Notes: generated by a model from the letters alone, not told the origin. A stretch of 64,000 nt of DNA from Pseudomonadota bacterium (GCA_026388655.1 JAPLJI010000138.1:471-64470), one strand, 5' to 3'; shown: positions 1 through 9,544, numbered from the stretch's first letter. Numbers and translations are program-made.

Positions 1-1025
1 TCATCAACATTCTTTCCGCGCTCATTCTCCTCATGGCCCTGGCGCCTTCGACCCAGGCGAAAGATAAACCTCAATACCACCTCAAGCTCGCCACGGTGGC
101 CCCGGAAGGGACGGGCTGGTCGGATGTTTTCCACAACTACGCGGACTACGTGGAAAAAGAATCCGGCGGCCGGGTCAACGTGATTCTCTACCTGGGGGCG
201 ATCATGGGGGATGAGCCGGACGAGGTCAGGAAGCTCCGGATCGGGCAGATCCAGGGGGCGGTGGTCACCCTGATGGGGATGGGGATAATCGCCGAGGAAT
301 TCAAGGCCCTGGAGCTTCCCCAGCTGATTATGAATTTCCAGGAGTCCGACCATGTCCTGGAAAAGCTCTCCCCGGTTTTTAAACAGATCCTCAAGGAAAA
401 GGATATAGTCCTGGCCGGCTGGTCGGAAATCGGGTATGTCCGGATCTATACCCGGGTCCCGATCAACTCGATCCAGGATTTCGATAAAACCAAGTTCTGG
501 TCCTGGGCCGGGGAGCCGGTGATTGAAGAAGCCCTGCGAACCCTGGGGATTAAAAATCTTATCCCCTTGTCGCTTACCGAGGTTTTGAACTCGCTCAAGA
601 CCGGCCTGGTTGATTCCTTCATCGGCTCATGCCTTACCATTATTCCCCTGCAGTGGTACACGGAGACCAGTTACATGTCCGATTTCACCTATGGTTATTC
701 GCCGGCGGCGGTGCTCCTGGACCGGAAATATTTCGACCAGCTTCCCCCCGATCTCCAGGGGATTATTCTGGAAGGATGGCGCCTGTTTCTCCCGGACCTG
801 ACCCGGAAGGTCAGGGAAGACGAGGAAAAAGCCTGCCGGGGACTCAAGGCGCGCGGGCTAAAAGAAAATCCTTCCAGCCCGGAACTGCTCCTGGAAGTTC
901 GGAAGCGGGCCGTCGAGGTCCAGGATAAGCTGGCGGGAAAGTATTATCCCCTCTCGCTCCTCCAGAAAATCCGCGCAGCCCTGGAAGAGTTCCGCCTCCA
1001 ATCCCATTCCAGCCCGGCCCCATAA
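1..1025 (+). CDS. TRAP-type periplasmic solute-binding protein (DctP-like), 5' partial. The frame is open from base 3 and the visible N-terminus ...INILSALILLMALAPSTQA looks like a signal peptide.
   Basis: Long ORF. DctP-family-like sequence (NVILYLGAIMGDEPDEVRKLRIGQIQGA, YTETSYMSDFTYGYSPAAVLLDRKYF). The ORF continues upstream of the window start. Confidence 0.5.
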   Translation, partial: INILSALILLMALAPSTQAKDKPQYHLKLATVAPEGTGWSDVFHNYADYVEKESGGRVNVILYLGAIMGDEPDEVRKLRIGQIQGAVVTLMGMGIIAEEFKALELPQLIMNFQESDHVLEKLSPVFKQILKEKDIVLAGWSEIGYVRIYTRVPINSIQDFDKTKFWSWAGEPVIEEALRTLGIKNLIPLSLTEVLNSLKTGLVDSFIGSCLTIIPLQWYTETSYMSDFTYGYSPAAVLLDRKYFDQLPPDLQGIILEGWRLFLPDLTRKVREDEEKACRGLKARGLKENPSSPELLLEVRKRAVEVQDKLAGKYYPLSLLQKIRAALEEFRLQSHSSPAP

Positions 1026-1053
1026 GGCATTTTCTTTTTCCTTTTTTTCAACT

Positions 1054-1410
1054 TTAAACCGGAAACTCGAAACCCGCCTCCGGCCCGGAGGGAAACCAGA
1101 AACTCGAAACATTAATAATGTCGCCTTGTAACTTCAGGTTGCTTTCTACAAACTTCTTTAAATTATACATTTCCTTGCGCATGAGAATGGTGGTAACGTA
1201 CTGGATCATGCGCGGGGAGGGGACGAATGAAAGGGTGATGTCCAGCTCGCAGTTGCGGCAAATCATGGTCGGCGAAAATCCCGATCCCCCCGGCGAAACA
1301 TCGTGGGTGATCCCGTCAAAGTTCTTGTTTTCGCAGGAAACGAAATATTTATAATTGGCTTGGATCCGGGGATAGGCGCGACTGACTCGATTTGGTTGAG
1401 GAGGATTCAC
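1054..1410 (-). CDS. Hypothetical small protein (118 aa, contains CxxC); possibly spurious
   Basis: ORF in a 500 bp gap between convergent genes. G+C is lower than the surroundings, the start is non-ATG, and no motif is recognisable. Confidence 0.2.
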   Translation of the reverse strand: MNPPQPNRVSRAYPRIQANYKYFVSCENKNFDGITHDVSPGGSGFSPTMICRNCELDITLSFVPSPRMIQYVTTILMRKEMYNLKKFVESNLKLQGDIINVSSFWFPSGPEAGFEFPV

Positions 1411-1534
1411 AATTCACATCTTGAGAGAAAAACTTCCGCCTAAAACATACCATTCTGAACCCGTTTGTTCAAGCGTTTAACTTGTAATTCCCCGTGGCCA
1501 TTCCACAGGGTTACCTTTCGGCGGATTGCTTATT

Positions 1535-3835
1535 TCAATGAACATTTAACTTTCCCCACCGTGGCTCGTACTGCAGGCCCAGAAGAAACCCGGGGAAGAG
1601 CTTCAAGTTACGGTCGCCGTCCGCCCGGCTCCAGAAGTTAAAACCCAGCCCCGCCTCATCCCGAAGCTCGGAGCAGAGAAAATTAAGCGTGGGTCCGGCA
1701 TAGAAGGAGAGCTGGTCCAGGATCCGGTAGCCGACCGAGACCCGCAGGCTGTCGATAAAATCCAACTCATCGTTATAGACGTAATCCGCGTATAGCTGAT
1801 GGTGAGCCGCGTCAATGTCTATCCATACCGGCTTGGCTTCGATGTGACCGCCCAGGCCGAAAACGGCATGGGAATATTCCTGTTTTCCAAAGGGGTGGAC
1901 GCCGAAGCCCAAAAGACCGTACAAGTGCCGGCTCCCCATTTTGAGTCCGATATTCAAAGGGGAGAAATCACTGCCCCAGATCGCAGGCTCGAGGATTCCG
2001 TTCCCGGCATAATTGACGATCCCGATGGAAGCTCCGTCCATTTCCTTGGCCACGTTGATCACCCCGACCTGGACGCCGTGGACCTTATCGGCGTAGTTAA
2101 TCACGCTCAACTGGAGACCGCGCACTTCCCCGGCGGAGACATTGATGGTGCCCAGTTGCGCGCCCGTGAGGGAGCCGGCGTAATTGAACACCCCGGCGGC
2201 CTGGATCCCATCCGCCGGACCGGCGGAGATATTAGACACGCCGGAACCCTGCAATCCCCTGAACGAGCCGGCATAGTTCGCCACGCCGGCAGCCTGGATA
2301 TGGTTCATGTGACCCCGGGAAATGTTTAAGACCCCGGCAGCCTGGAATCCCCGCCCGTCCCCGAACCCCCGGAGCGAGCCGGCGTGGTTGAACACCCCCG
2401 CGGCCTGGAACCCTTGCGCGGGCCCCCGGGTGACATTTGCCACCCCGCTGGCCTGCAGCCCGCTCAGCTTCCCGCCGGCATAATTGAAAACCCCGGCCAG
2501 CTGGGCTCCTTTTACATCCAGGGATCTCCAGGCCCCGATTCCGGAAAGCTCGGCCCCGGAAAGGATATCACTCCAGTCCAGGAAGAGGTTGACCGAAAAG
2601 TAGTTCTTAACTCGATATTTGATCGAAGCCCCGTAATTGGTGCTCAGGCCCGGGATGAAGGAAAAGCTGACCGGACGAATGACCACTTCTTTGTCCGACT
2701 GGGCTGGAAGCGAAACGGCTTCGGCGGGTTTGCCCCCGCGGGCGGAAGCGGCCTCGGGTTCAACCTTCTCCAGGGTTTCGGGATCCAGCCGGGTTTCCTT
2801 GCCTTCGGCGAGGAAAACGGTCCCTTTGCGCAACTGGTCATTCCGTTCCAGGGAAACCTGGTAAACGCCGGATTCGAGGCCCAGGCTCATCGAGCGCCCG
2901 CCGGGCTTATTAATCTCGGCCACCAGGCGGCCTTCGGCGTCGCGGATGAACAGGCGTCCTTCCAGCCCGGGGGTCAGAACCAGGATCGCGGAAGCGGCAT
3001 GGAGATCGGTGATCACCAGCTCGCCGCTGCCGGCCAACTGGATGTCGTAGTTGGGGTGCTGGGGTCCGGGCCGGGTCAACTCGGTGCGCGCCAGGGTCTC
3101 GTTGAAAGCGTACCGGTAGGCCTCGTTGAGCGTGACGCGGCCGTCGCGGCTTTCATCGGCGGCCCCGCGGAGACCGGAGACCAGGTAATGGGTGAAAAAA
3201 GAGCCTCCGACCCGGTCGGACTCCTGGGCGGTCTCGTCGGAAGAGGCGGAGGTGAGAAAGGCGTGCCCCCGCACCTGGGTCGAGGCGTCCGCCAAGAGCG
3301 GCGCCTGCCATTTCCCGCCTTTCCCCCGGGTCAGGGCCCCCGAGGCGCAGGAGTCGAGGACGGCGATGCGCACGTCGGCCGGCAGGTTCTCGAGGGTCCG
3401 GCGGATCTGGGGGTAGGTGAAATGCCGGTCATCCAGGAGCAGGCCCTCTTCGTCGGAATGCCCGGAGAAGTAAAAGAACAATTCGGTCCGAAGCCCCCGG
3501 GCCCGGGCTTCGGCTAGCAGGACCTTCATCCGGAAGAAGGCCGCCTCCAGGGCGTCGGGGCCGGGTTCCAGGAGCAGGATGGTATCTTCGGGCGAGATGC
3601 CGCCCAGGTCACGAAGGACCCGGGCCACCGCCCGGGCGTCGGATTGGGCGTAGCGCAGGAGAACCCGCTGGGGCCCGCCGTTGTTGGCGCCGGTCACCAG
3701 GGCGAAACGGCGAAGGGTGGCGGAGGCGGGGTCGTCCGCCCCGGCGGCCGGGACCGGAAAACCGGGGCGCGGCCAGGCGACCGCGAATAACAAGACCAGT
3801 AAAACCGGCAAATGGAATCTGGCGATAATCTTCAT
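1535..3835 (-). CDS. Secreted caspase-like peptidase (C14 family His/Cys dyad) fused to about 11 tandem 14-16 aa repeats and a C-terminal beta-rich domain
   Basis: N-terminal signal peptide (MKIIARFHLPVLLVLLFAVAW). Caspase His box FFYFSGHSDEEG and Cys box AVLDSCASG. Repeats with consensus h-Q-x-AGV-x-N-h-AG (for example IQAAGVFNYAGSLTG, FQAAGVLNISRGHMNH). The stop and start overlap with the upstream gene. Confidence 0.6.
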   Translation of the reverse strand: MKIIARFHLPVLLVLLFAVAWPRPGFPVPAAGADDPASATLRRFALVTGANNGGPQRVLLRYAQSDARAVARVLRDLGGISPEDTILLLEPGPDALEAAFFRMKVLLAEARARGLRTELFFYFSGHSDEEGLLLDDRHFTYPQIRRTLENLPADVRIAVLDSCASGALTRGKGGKWQAPLLADASTQVRGHAFLTSASSDETAQESDRVGGSFFTHYLVSGLRGAADESRDGRVTLNEAYRYAFNETLARTELTRPGPQHPNYDIQLAGSGELVITDLHAASAILVLTPGLEGRLFIRDAEGRLVAEINKPGGRSMSLGLESGVYQVSLERNDQLRKGTVFLAEGKETRLDPETLEKVEPEAASARGGKPAEAVSLPAQSDKEVVIRPVSFSFIPGLSTNYGASIKYRVKNYFSVNLFLDWSDILSGAELSGIGAWRSLDVKGAQLAGVFNYAGGKLSGLQASGVANVTRGPAQGFQAAGVFNHAGSLRGFGDGRGFQAAGVLNISRGHMNHIQAAGVANYAGSFRGLQGSGVSNISAGPADGIQAAGVFNYAGSLTGAQLGTINVSAGEVRGLQLSVINYADKVHGVQVGVINVAKEMDGASIGIVNYAGNGILEPAIWGSDFSPLNIGLKMGSRHLYGLLGFGVHPFGKQEYSHAVFGLGGHIEAKPVWIDIDAAHHQLYADYVYNDELDFIDSLRVSVGYRILDQLSFYAGPTLNFLCSELRDEAGLGFNFWSRADGDRNLKLFPGFLLGLQYEPRWGKLNVH

Positions 3836-4641
3836 TGTTTTCCCTCCTGGGAAGAAGATTTGCTTAAGAGAAAATCGACCTGGCGCAGGCCGTCCGGCAG
3901 GACCAGGGGATTTCTCTCCTCGGCCCCGAGGGCCCGCCCGGCGGCCAGGACCGTTTCGACCTTAATCGGCCGATCGGAGGTAACGAAAAAGAAACGTTCG
4001 AAGTCCGGGGCGTCATCAAGTTCATAGGCGCGGGGAAGTGGCTGGGCGCCCGCTTCCCCGAGCGCGGTGGGATCGGCGGGAGAAGCGGGGAAATGTAAAG
4101 TGACCGCGCCCCGTCCATCGATGGAGATAATCAAGCCGTAGGCGGCCCCGGCGGCCAGGTAACTGAGCTGGAGCACGTCTCCCGGACGGACCCGGGATCC
4201 GTGGCTCAGTTCTTCCACCCCTTGCGGAACCTTCCGGTAGATAATCAGGCCGGGGCTTCCCTTGACCCGGGTGGTTGACGGGGCCAACCCCGATCCCGGG
4301 ATTCCCGGCCGAGGTCCGCGTTCGAGGGGCAGGATCACCAAAAACAGGATAACCGCCGCGGCGGCCAGCGCGGGAGCCAACACCCAGACCCGGGAACGGG
4401 CCGGCCGGGTCCGGGTCTCCGGCCGGGTTCGGGCCAGGCGGCGATTGATTTCGGCCGCAGCCCTTTCCGGCGGATAGGTTCCGAGAATATCCTGATTGGA
4501 AGTCCGGAGACGGGCGAGGCGGTCCATCCCGCCGGGTTCCGCCTCAAGATCCCGGAGGATCTCGGCTTCCTTTTCGGGCGGGAGTTCACCCAGAATGAGT
4601 TGCTCTAAGAAGAAATCTGGCACGACTCTTTTTTTATTCAT
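3832..4641 (-). CDS. Anti-sigma factor-like single-pass membrane protein
   Basis: Directly downstream of an ECF sigma gene with a 4-nt overlap. Short cytoplasmic N-terminus, one transmembrane helix (VWVLAPALAAAAVILFLVIL) and a periplasmic C-terminal domain. Confidence 0.45.
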   Translation of the reverse strand: MNKKRVVPDFFLEQLILGELPPEKEAEILRDLEAEPGGMDRLARLRTSNQDILGTYPPERAAAEINRRLARTRPETRTRPARSRVWVLAPALAAAAVILFLVILPLERGPRPGIPGSGLAPSTTRVKGSPGLIIYRKVPQGVEELSHGSRVRPGDVLQLSYLAAGAAYGLIISIDGRGAVTLHFPASPADPTALGEAGAQPLPRAYELDDAPDFERFFFVTSDRPIKVETVLAAGRALGAEERNPLVLPDGLRQVDFLLSKSSSQEGKQ

Positions 4642-5123
4642 CTTGGTACTCCTTCCAGATTTTCCAGATTGGCGCGGAGGGATCTCAGGCGCTTGCGCAC
4701 GCCGGAGACGGAAAGCCCCACCTCCCGCGCCACCTCTTCCAGGGTCAAACCGTCCAGCAGGTGGAGCACGGCGATGGTCCGGGTGGACGGCTTTTCTCGG
4801 GCGAAGAGTCGGTCGAGGAGGTTCTGGGCCGAGAAACGGGATTCGGTTTCCTCGATCGACGCCAGACGATTAATCAGCTCGGTGTTGACATCCTCCGGCC
4901 GGCGTCTGGCCGCGCGGATCCGGTTCAGACAAATGTTGGTGGCCATCCGGAACAGGAGACTGGAGGGGGCCTCGGGCTCAAGCCTTTCCCGGGCCTTGAG
5001 GAGTTCGACAAAAGTGTCATGCATGGCATCCATCGCTTGGTCTTCGTTCCGGAGCAGGGATCGGCAACGACGGAGCACCATCGGTCCGTACCGGCGGTAA
5101 TAGTTTTCGATGTCGATCGCCAA
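4638..5123 (-). CDS. ECF-type RNA polymerase sigma-70 factor
   Basis: Region 2 (DAMHDTFVELLK) and region 4 helix-turn-helix (LTLEEVAREVGLSVSGVRKRLRSL). 161 aa. TTG start. It is the first gene of a sigma / anti-sigma / caspase operon. Confidence 0.75.
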   Translation of the reverse strand: MAIDIENYYRRYGPMVLRRCRSLLRNEDQAMDAMHDTFVELLKARERLEPEAPSSLLFRMATNICLNRIRAARRRPEDVNTELINRLASIEETESRFSAQNLLDRLFAREKPSTRTIAVLHLLDGLTLEEVAREVGLSVSGVRKRLRSLRANLENLEGVPR

Positions 5124-5235
5124 TTCCGACTAACCCGCTTTCACCTGATTAAACACCGCTCCCGGCCGGATCTGTCACTTTTACGGAAAGAGTTCTGCAG
5201 ATTTTGATTCCAAAATACCATGTCAAATTATAAAC

Positions 5236-5290
5236 GGTAGCCGCAGGCTTTAGCCTGCGAAAGTAGCGCAACCTAAAGGTTGCGGCTACC
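5236..5290 (-). terminator. Compact Y-shaped structured element: outer stem ggtagcc/ggctacc enclosing two 6-bp hairpins (gcaggc-ttta-gcctgc and gcaacc-taaa-ggttgc). Probably the intrinsic terminator of the ferredoxin gene, or a small structured RNA.
   Basis: Nested inverted repeats read directly from the sequence. On the minus strand a U-rich tract (guuuauaauuug) follows. It lies between the 3' end of the ferredoxin gene and the sigma gene promoter region. Confidence 0.3.
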
Positions 5291-5341
5291 CATCTTGTTG
5301 ATATTTCGATTGGGAATCGGTTTGCCGGAGACTGCTTTAGC

Positions 5342-6426
5342 CTACTTATTTTTTTCAGGATTGAGGTCTTTAAGCCTGGTCCCCGGTTCATGGTAGCGGC
5401 GGTAGAGGTGGGTCAGGGTGGTGTAGGTGAAAAGCTTGTTGATCAGGGGGACGCGGATGAGGGCGAAGAACAGGTAATAAGAAAGGAAGAGCGACAGGTA
5501 GGTGTAAATCAATTGGAGCAGGTTTTGCCCCAGAGGATTATCCAGGCTCCGGACCCCGGGAATATAGCCGCCCAGCCATTTCAAGAAATAAAACGCGAAA
5601 GGCAGCATCGTCAGGTAAATCAGGAGCGCGGCCCAGGAGTGTCCCGCCTCAACGGCCTTTTCCGGGCAGAAACCCATGCAGCGCATGCAGCTTTCGCATT
5701 TGTAGGTCCAGAAGGGGCGGGGGTTTTTCTTCCCGCGCATGATGATCGCCCCGACCGGGCAGTTCCGGGCGCAGATTTCACAGCCGTTGCATTTGGGGTT
5801 GGCGAAGAAGATCTTGGCCAGGAAAAATCTTCCCATCGCCATGTAGAGCAGGGAGATCGGCAGAAGCAGAAGCCCCAGGAGAAAAGTGATGACGTTGCCG
5901 GCCGTCCACCAATAGGGATTTCCCGCCAGGACTCGAGCGGCGAAGGCGGCGAGCCGGGGGCGGGCCCGGGCGATGATGGCTTCCACATTACTGGGCTTCA
6001 GCCCGGAGTGGAGGGCGATCCAGTTCACGGGCATGTCCAGGGAGAAGACGCCCCGGACCGAAAAACCGCGGAGGAACATGAGCAGGGCGACGATGAAGGT
6101 GGCGGAGGCCGAAAGGCCGGGGATGAAAACGGGCCCGACCTTCATGCACCCCTGGGTGGCGAGGGCGAAGGCGGGGACCCCCGGGCGCCGGGGCAGGGCG
6201 AAGGCGAATTTGAGCACGTTCCAGGGGGCGATGAAGCCGTGGGTGGGCGTCACGATCCCGACCAGCTCATTCTGGTCCCGGCCGATTTCCTCCGCGGGGC
6301 GGGCGGCGTCGAGAGGAATCACCCGGGTGGAGAGCCCCCGGGCTTTGGCCTCCTCCGCGAACCAGGCCGCGGCGCGGAAGGAATTGCCCGTGCCGCTGGT
6401 GAAATAAACGGTTGCTTGCTTATACA
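5342..6426 (-). CDS. Flavodoxin-like domain plus 2x[4Fe-4S] ferredoxin membrane protein (EFR1-like). The start is probably the internal Met at 6426 rather than at 6496.
   Basis: N-terminal MYKQATVYFTSGTGNS (flavodoxin-like). Two CxxCxxCxxxCP motifs (CNGCEICARNCP, CESCMRCMGFCP). Several transmembrane helices. The plus-strand ORF 5390..6445 is low-complexity antisense. Confidence 0.5.
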
Positions 6427-6552
6427 TAAACCTAATATAAGTTGAAAAAATGGGTTTGTCCAAAGGGTGCTTACGCGAAGATGGGATTTTTACCAAAATG
6501 CCTAAGATAACCTTTTTCGATTTTTTTGAGTTTTTTGTATATTATTTAACTC

Positions 6553-7236
6553 ATGCTGATTTCTATTATCATTCCCACTTTTAATGAAGCCGGTTCGATC
6601 GCAGAAGTAGTACGAGAGGTCGCCAAACTTTCCCTCGAAAAAGAGATCCTGGTGGTGGATGATGGCTCGCAGGACGGCACTCGGTTGCTGGTTCGCAAGC
6701 TGGAGAGGGAGATCAAGGAATTGCGCGGTCTTTATTTTCCCGAGAACCGGGGGAAGGGCTTCGCGATCCGGGCCGGGATCCGGGCGGCCCGGGGCGAGAT
6801 TGTCGCAATCCAGGACGCGGATCGGGAGTATCCCCCGATTCATATCTCCAGTTTGGTCGAGGAACTAGTTCGGAATCCGGAAATCACCGCGGTTTTCGGT
6901 TCGCGGATGCTCAAGAAAAATCCGATCTCCTACCGGCGCTATTACTGGGGCGGGCGGTTTTTAACCGCGATAGTAAACCTGGCCGGGAAAGCCCACTTAA
7001 CGGATGTCACCACCGGGCATAAAGCAATCCGTTGGAAAATACTGGAGGATTTACAACTGAAAGCGGACGGTTTTGAGATCGAGATGGAGATCGTGATGAA
7101 GCTTCTCCGGCGCGGGTTTCGGATCAAAGAGATCCCGATTGAATATTCTCCCCGGGGTTTTGAGGAAGGGAAGAAGATCCGATGGACCGACGGATTGAAA
7201 TCCGTCTGGATGATAATTAACCGGGGGAAAAATTAG
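6553..7236 (+). CDS. GT2 family glycosyltransferase, polyprenyl-phosphate sugar synthase-like (DPM1/GtrB-like)
   Basis: IIIPTFNEAGSI ... VVDDGSQDGT ... DXD-type QDADRE. 227 aa. AT-rich upstream region. It is the first gene of a long plus-strand run. Confidence 0.7.
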   Translation: MLISIIIPTFNEAGSIAEVVREVAKLSLEKEILVVDDGSQDGTRLLVRKLEREIKELRGLYFPENRGKGFAIRAGIRAARGEIVAIQDADREYPPIHISSLVEELVRNPEITAVFGSRMLKKNPISYRRYYWGGRFLTAIVNLAGKAHLTDVTTGHKAIRWKILEDLQLKADGFEIEMEIVMKLLRRGFRIKEIPIEYSPRGFEEGKKIRWTDGLKSVWMIINRGKN

Positions 7237-7296
7237 CGGGATGGGATAAAGCCGGTTGGAACAAAAATTAAGCTTCCGGATTTTAACGCCAGTTCG

Positions 7297-8802
7297 ATGA
7301 AAATACTGTTTATTAATAGGATCTTAGATCGAGAGAGTCTGTATCGGGAACCATTAGGAATCCTTTATTTGTCCAGTGTCCTTAAAAAAACAGGGCACGC
7401 GACCAAGATTGTGGATGCCTGCTCTTACCCAGAGGTTGAGAAGGTGGTCAAAGAGTGGAGACCACAAATTTTTGCCTATACAATTCGGACGGGCTTCCAC
7501 CAGGAGTATCTGGAGCTAAACCGGGTATTGAAATCTCACTGGGGAGGTTTTTCGGTTTTTGGCGGTCCGCATGCCACTTTTTTCCCCCAGATAATTGAAA
7601 GCGACCCAAATGTTGACGCGGTTTGTATAGGTGAGGGTGAACTTGCCCTGGCTGATTTTGTCAACCGGATGGAGGAGCAAAAAGATTACCGTTTTTGTCC
7701 GAATTTTTGGATTAGAACCGGGGGCGAGATATATCGGAATCTTGTCCGCCCACTGGTAGAGGATATTGATTCTCTTTCCTTTCCGGATCGGGATCTGCTG
7801 ACGCCCTACCCAGGGGTGGCCAAAGCCCCGATAAAAAATTTCATTACTTCTCGGGGTTGCCCTTTTAATTGTAGCTATTGTTTTAACAAGAATTATCGGG
7901 AAATTTACCAGCAGCAAGGTTTCCTGGTTCGCCGGCGATCAGTAAATAATACTATCCAAGAAATCGCTGCGGAATTGGCAAAACGGCCTTTTGAATTGGC
8001 GCATTTTGAAGATGATGTTTTTAATCTAAACCTTGACTGGCTGGAAAATTTTTCGGACCAATACCGGAAAGAAATCGGGCTGCCCTTTTCCTGTCATCTC
8101 CGGGCCAATTTAGTCAGCGCTAAAGCGGTTTCGTACCTCAAGCGCGCCGGCTGCATCAGTGCCGCCATAGCGATTGAGACCGGAAATGATTACCTGCGCA
8201 ATGGGGTTCTCAATCGCAACATGTCCAGAGAGGAAATTCTCCGGGCCACCCGTATGATCAAGGAACAGGGGATCAGGCTGGTGACCCTGAATATGGTGGC
8301 CATTCCCGGGGGAAGCCTGGAAGCCGACTTGGAAACCCTGGATTTGAATCTGCAATCCCGGCCGGATTGCGCCATTGCCTCGTTTTGCCAGCCCTATCCG
8401 GGAACCGAATTGGGTCAGAAGGCCATGGCCGAAGGTTTGTTTGACGGGAATTATGATGGGATCAAGGGTTTCTATCATCACCCGTTAGGGGTGGGGAATC
8501 CCCGATACTCCCGCCGCCTGCAAGGGTTGTTTCCTTTGCTGGTTAATTTTCGGATCGGAAAAAAGTGGGCCCGGTTTTTCCTGCGAATCCCGCTGGAGAG
8601 AATCTCCGGGATTTTGGGTACTATCTTTATCGGCTATGTTGTAAGATTTAAAATAATGCCTTACCGGTTTCGTTTCCGGCAGTCTTTCCGGGATCTCTGC
8701 CGTTATCTGGGTTTCCCCGATTTTTTTTCGGGGGCAGTTAAAAGAAATAGGATCATTTCCCATTTTGGAGAGGAAATAGGAATTGGAAAGAAGAATGTAT
8801 GA
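7297..8802 (+). CDS. B12-binding radical SAM protein (class B rSAM)
   Basis: N-terminal MKILFI... Rossmann-like B12 domain. ITSRGCPFNCSYC CxxxCxxC motif. 501 aa. Confidence 0.8.
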   Translation: MKILFINRILDRESLYREPLGILYLSSVLKKTGHATKIVDACSYPEVEKVVKEWRPQIFAYTIRTGFHQEYLELNRVLKSHWGGFSVFGGPHATFFPQIIESDPNVDAVCIGEGELALADFVNRMEEQKDYRFCPNFWIRTGGEIYRNLVRPLVEDIDSLSFPDRDLLTPYPGVAKAPIKNFITSRGCPFNCSYCFNKNYREIYQQQGFLVRRRSVNNTIQEIAAELAKRPFELAHFEDDVFNLNLDWLENFSDQYRKEIGLPFSCHLRANLVSAKAVSYLKRAGCISAAIAIETGNDYLRNGVLNRNMSREEILRATRMIKEQGIRLVTLNMVAIPGGSLEADLETLDLNLQSRPDCAIASFCQPYPGTELGQKAMAEGLFDGNYDGIKGFYHHPLGVGNPRYSRRLQGLFPLLVNFRIGKKWARFFLRIPLERISGILGTIFIGYVVRFKIMPYRFRFRQSFRDLCRYLGFPDFFSGAVKRNRIISHFGEEIGIGKKNV

Positions 8803-9544
8803 AGAAACGGCCCGCTTTCAGGACCGGCATTGGTATTTTATCGGGATGCGGGAGATCGTATTGGGATTGTTCCAGAGGGAAAAACCGGGGCGAAACCTCA
8901 ATATCTTGGATATGGGATGTGGCACAGGGCAGTATTTTAAGGCGCTGTCTGAATTTGGAAAAGTGATCGGGACAGATATTTCCAGGGAGGTATTTCGTTT
9001 CATAAGTAGGAATGGCAACTCGGTCTTTATTAACACAGATGTGCAGAAGTTGCCGTTTAAGAATTGCCGGTTCGATCTCATTTGGGCAAGTTCAATTCTT
9101 GAGCATTTAAAAGATGACCGATTTGCCTTACAGGAAATCTATCGGGTTTTGAAGCCGGGTGGACGGGTAGTAATTGCCGTGCCCGCACATCATTTTCTCT
9201 GGGGTCATAATGACGAGTTGGCCCACCATTTACGAAGATATTCGCAGAAAGAAATCGAGGAACTCTGCCGCGCAAGCGGATTTAGGCTCATGCGTACGAC
9301 TCATTACGGGGCGGCTCCTTTTCCGCTCGCCTTCGTGGTAAGAAAAATAAAAAATGGTCTGAGCCTGATTTTCCCCAAGCTCAAGGAAATCTCGGATTTT
9401 CGCCTGGCTTCTTTCCCGGGCCTGAAGCTTTTTTTCCTTTCGGTTCTGCGTTTGGAAAAACGGGGACTGAGCCGGTTTAATCTGCCCTTTGGCCTGATGT
9501 TGTATGTCTTGGCCGAGAAAGACCTTCCCGACCCGGATAAATAG
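8783..9544 (+). CDS. Class I SAM-dependent methyltransferase
   Basis: Motif I ILDMGCGTGQYF and post-I VLKPGGRVVIAV. The start overlaps the upstream rSAM (alternative ATG at 8795). Confidence 0.7.
   Translation: MERRMYEETARFQDRHWYFIGMREIVLGLFQREKPGRNLNILDMGCGTGQYFKALSEFGKVIGTDISREVFRFISRNGNSVFINTDVQKLPFKNCRFDLIWASSILEHLKDDRFALQEIYRVLKPGGRVVIAVPAHHFLWGHNDELAHHLRRYSQKEIEELCRASGFRLMRTTHYGAAPFPLAFVVRKIKNGLSLIFPKLKEISDFRLASFPGLKLFFLSVLRLEKRGLSRFNLPFGLMLYVLAEKDLPDPDK

Noticed and set aside
1031-1080. Intrinsic terminator after the TRAP-binding-protein gene (palindrome cctccggcccggagg preceded by a T-rich run)
   Set aside because: The U-rich tract lies 5' rather than 3' of the hairpin for the plus-strand transcript, and the stem is short. 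It was not called.
2384-3517. Long antisense ORFs in GC-rich genes (for example 2384..3517 +, 5390..6445 +, 20115..20984 -, 51102..51602 -, 56927..57466 -, 58565..59272 -)
   Set aside because: They give low-complexity Gly/Pro/Arg-rich translations. Each lies opposite an ORF with clear catalytic motifs (caspase, ferredoxin, rSAM, PA14). This is the typical high-GC antisense artefact.
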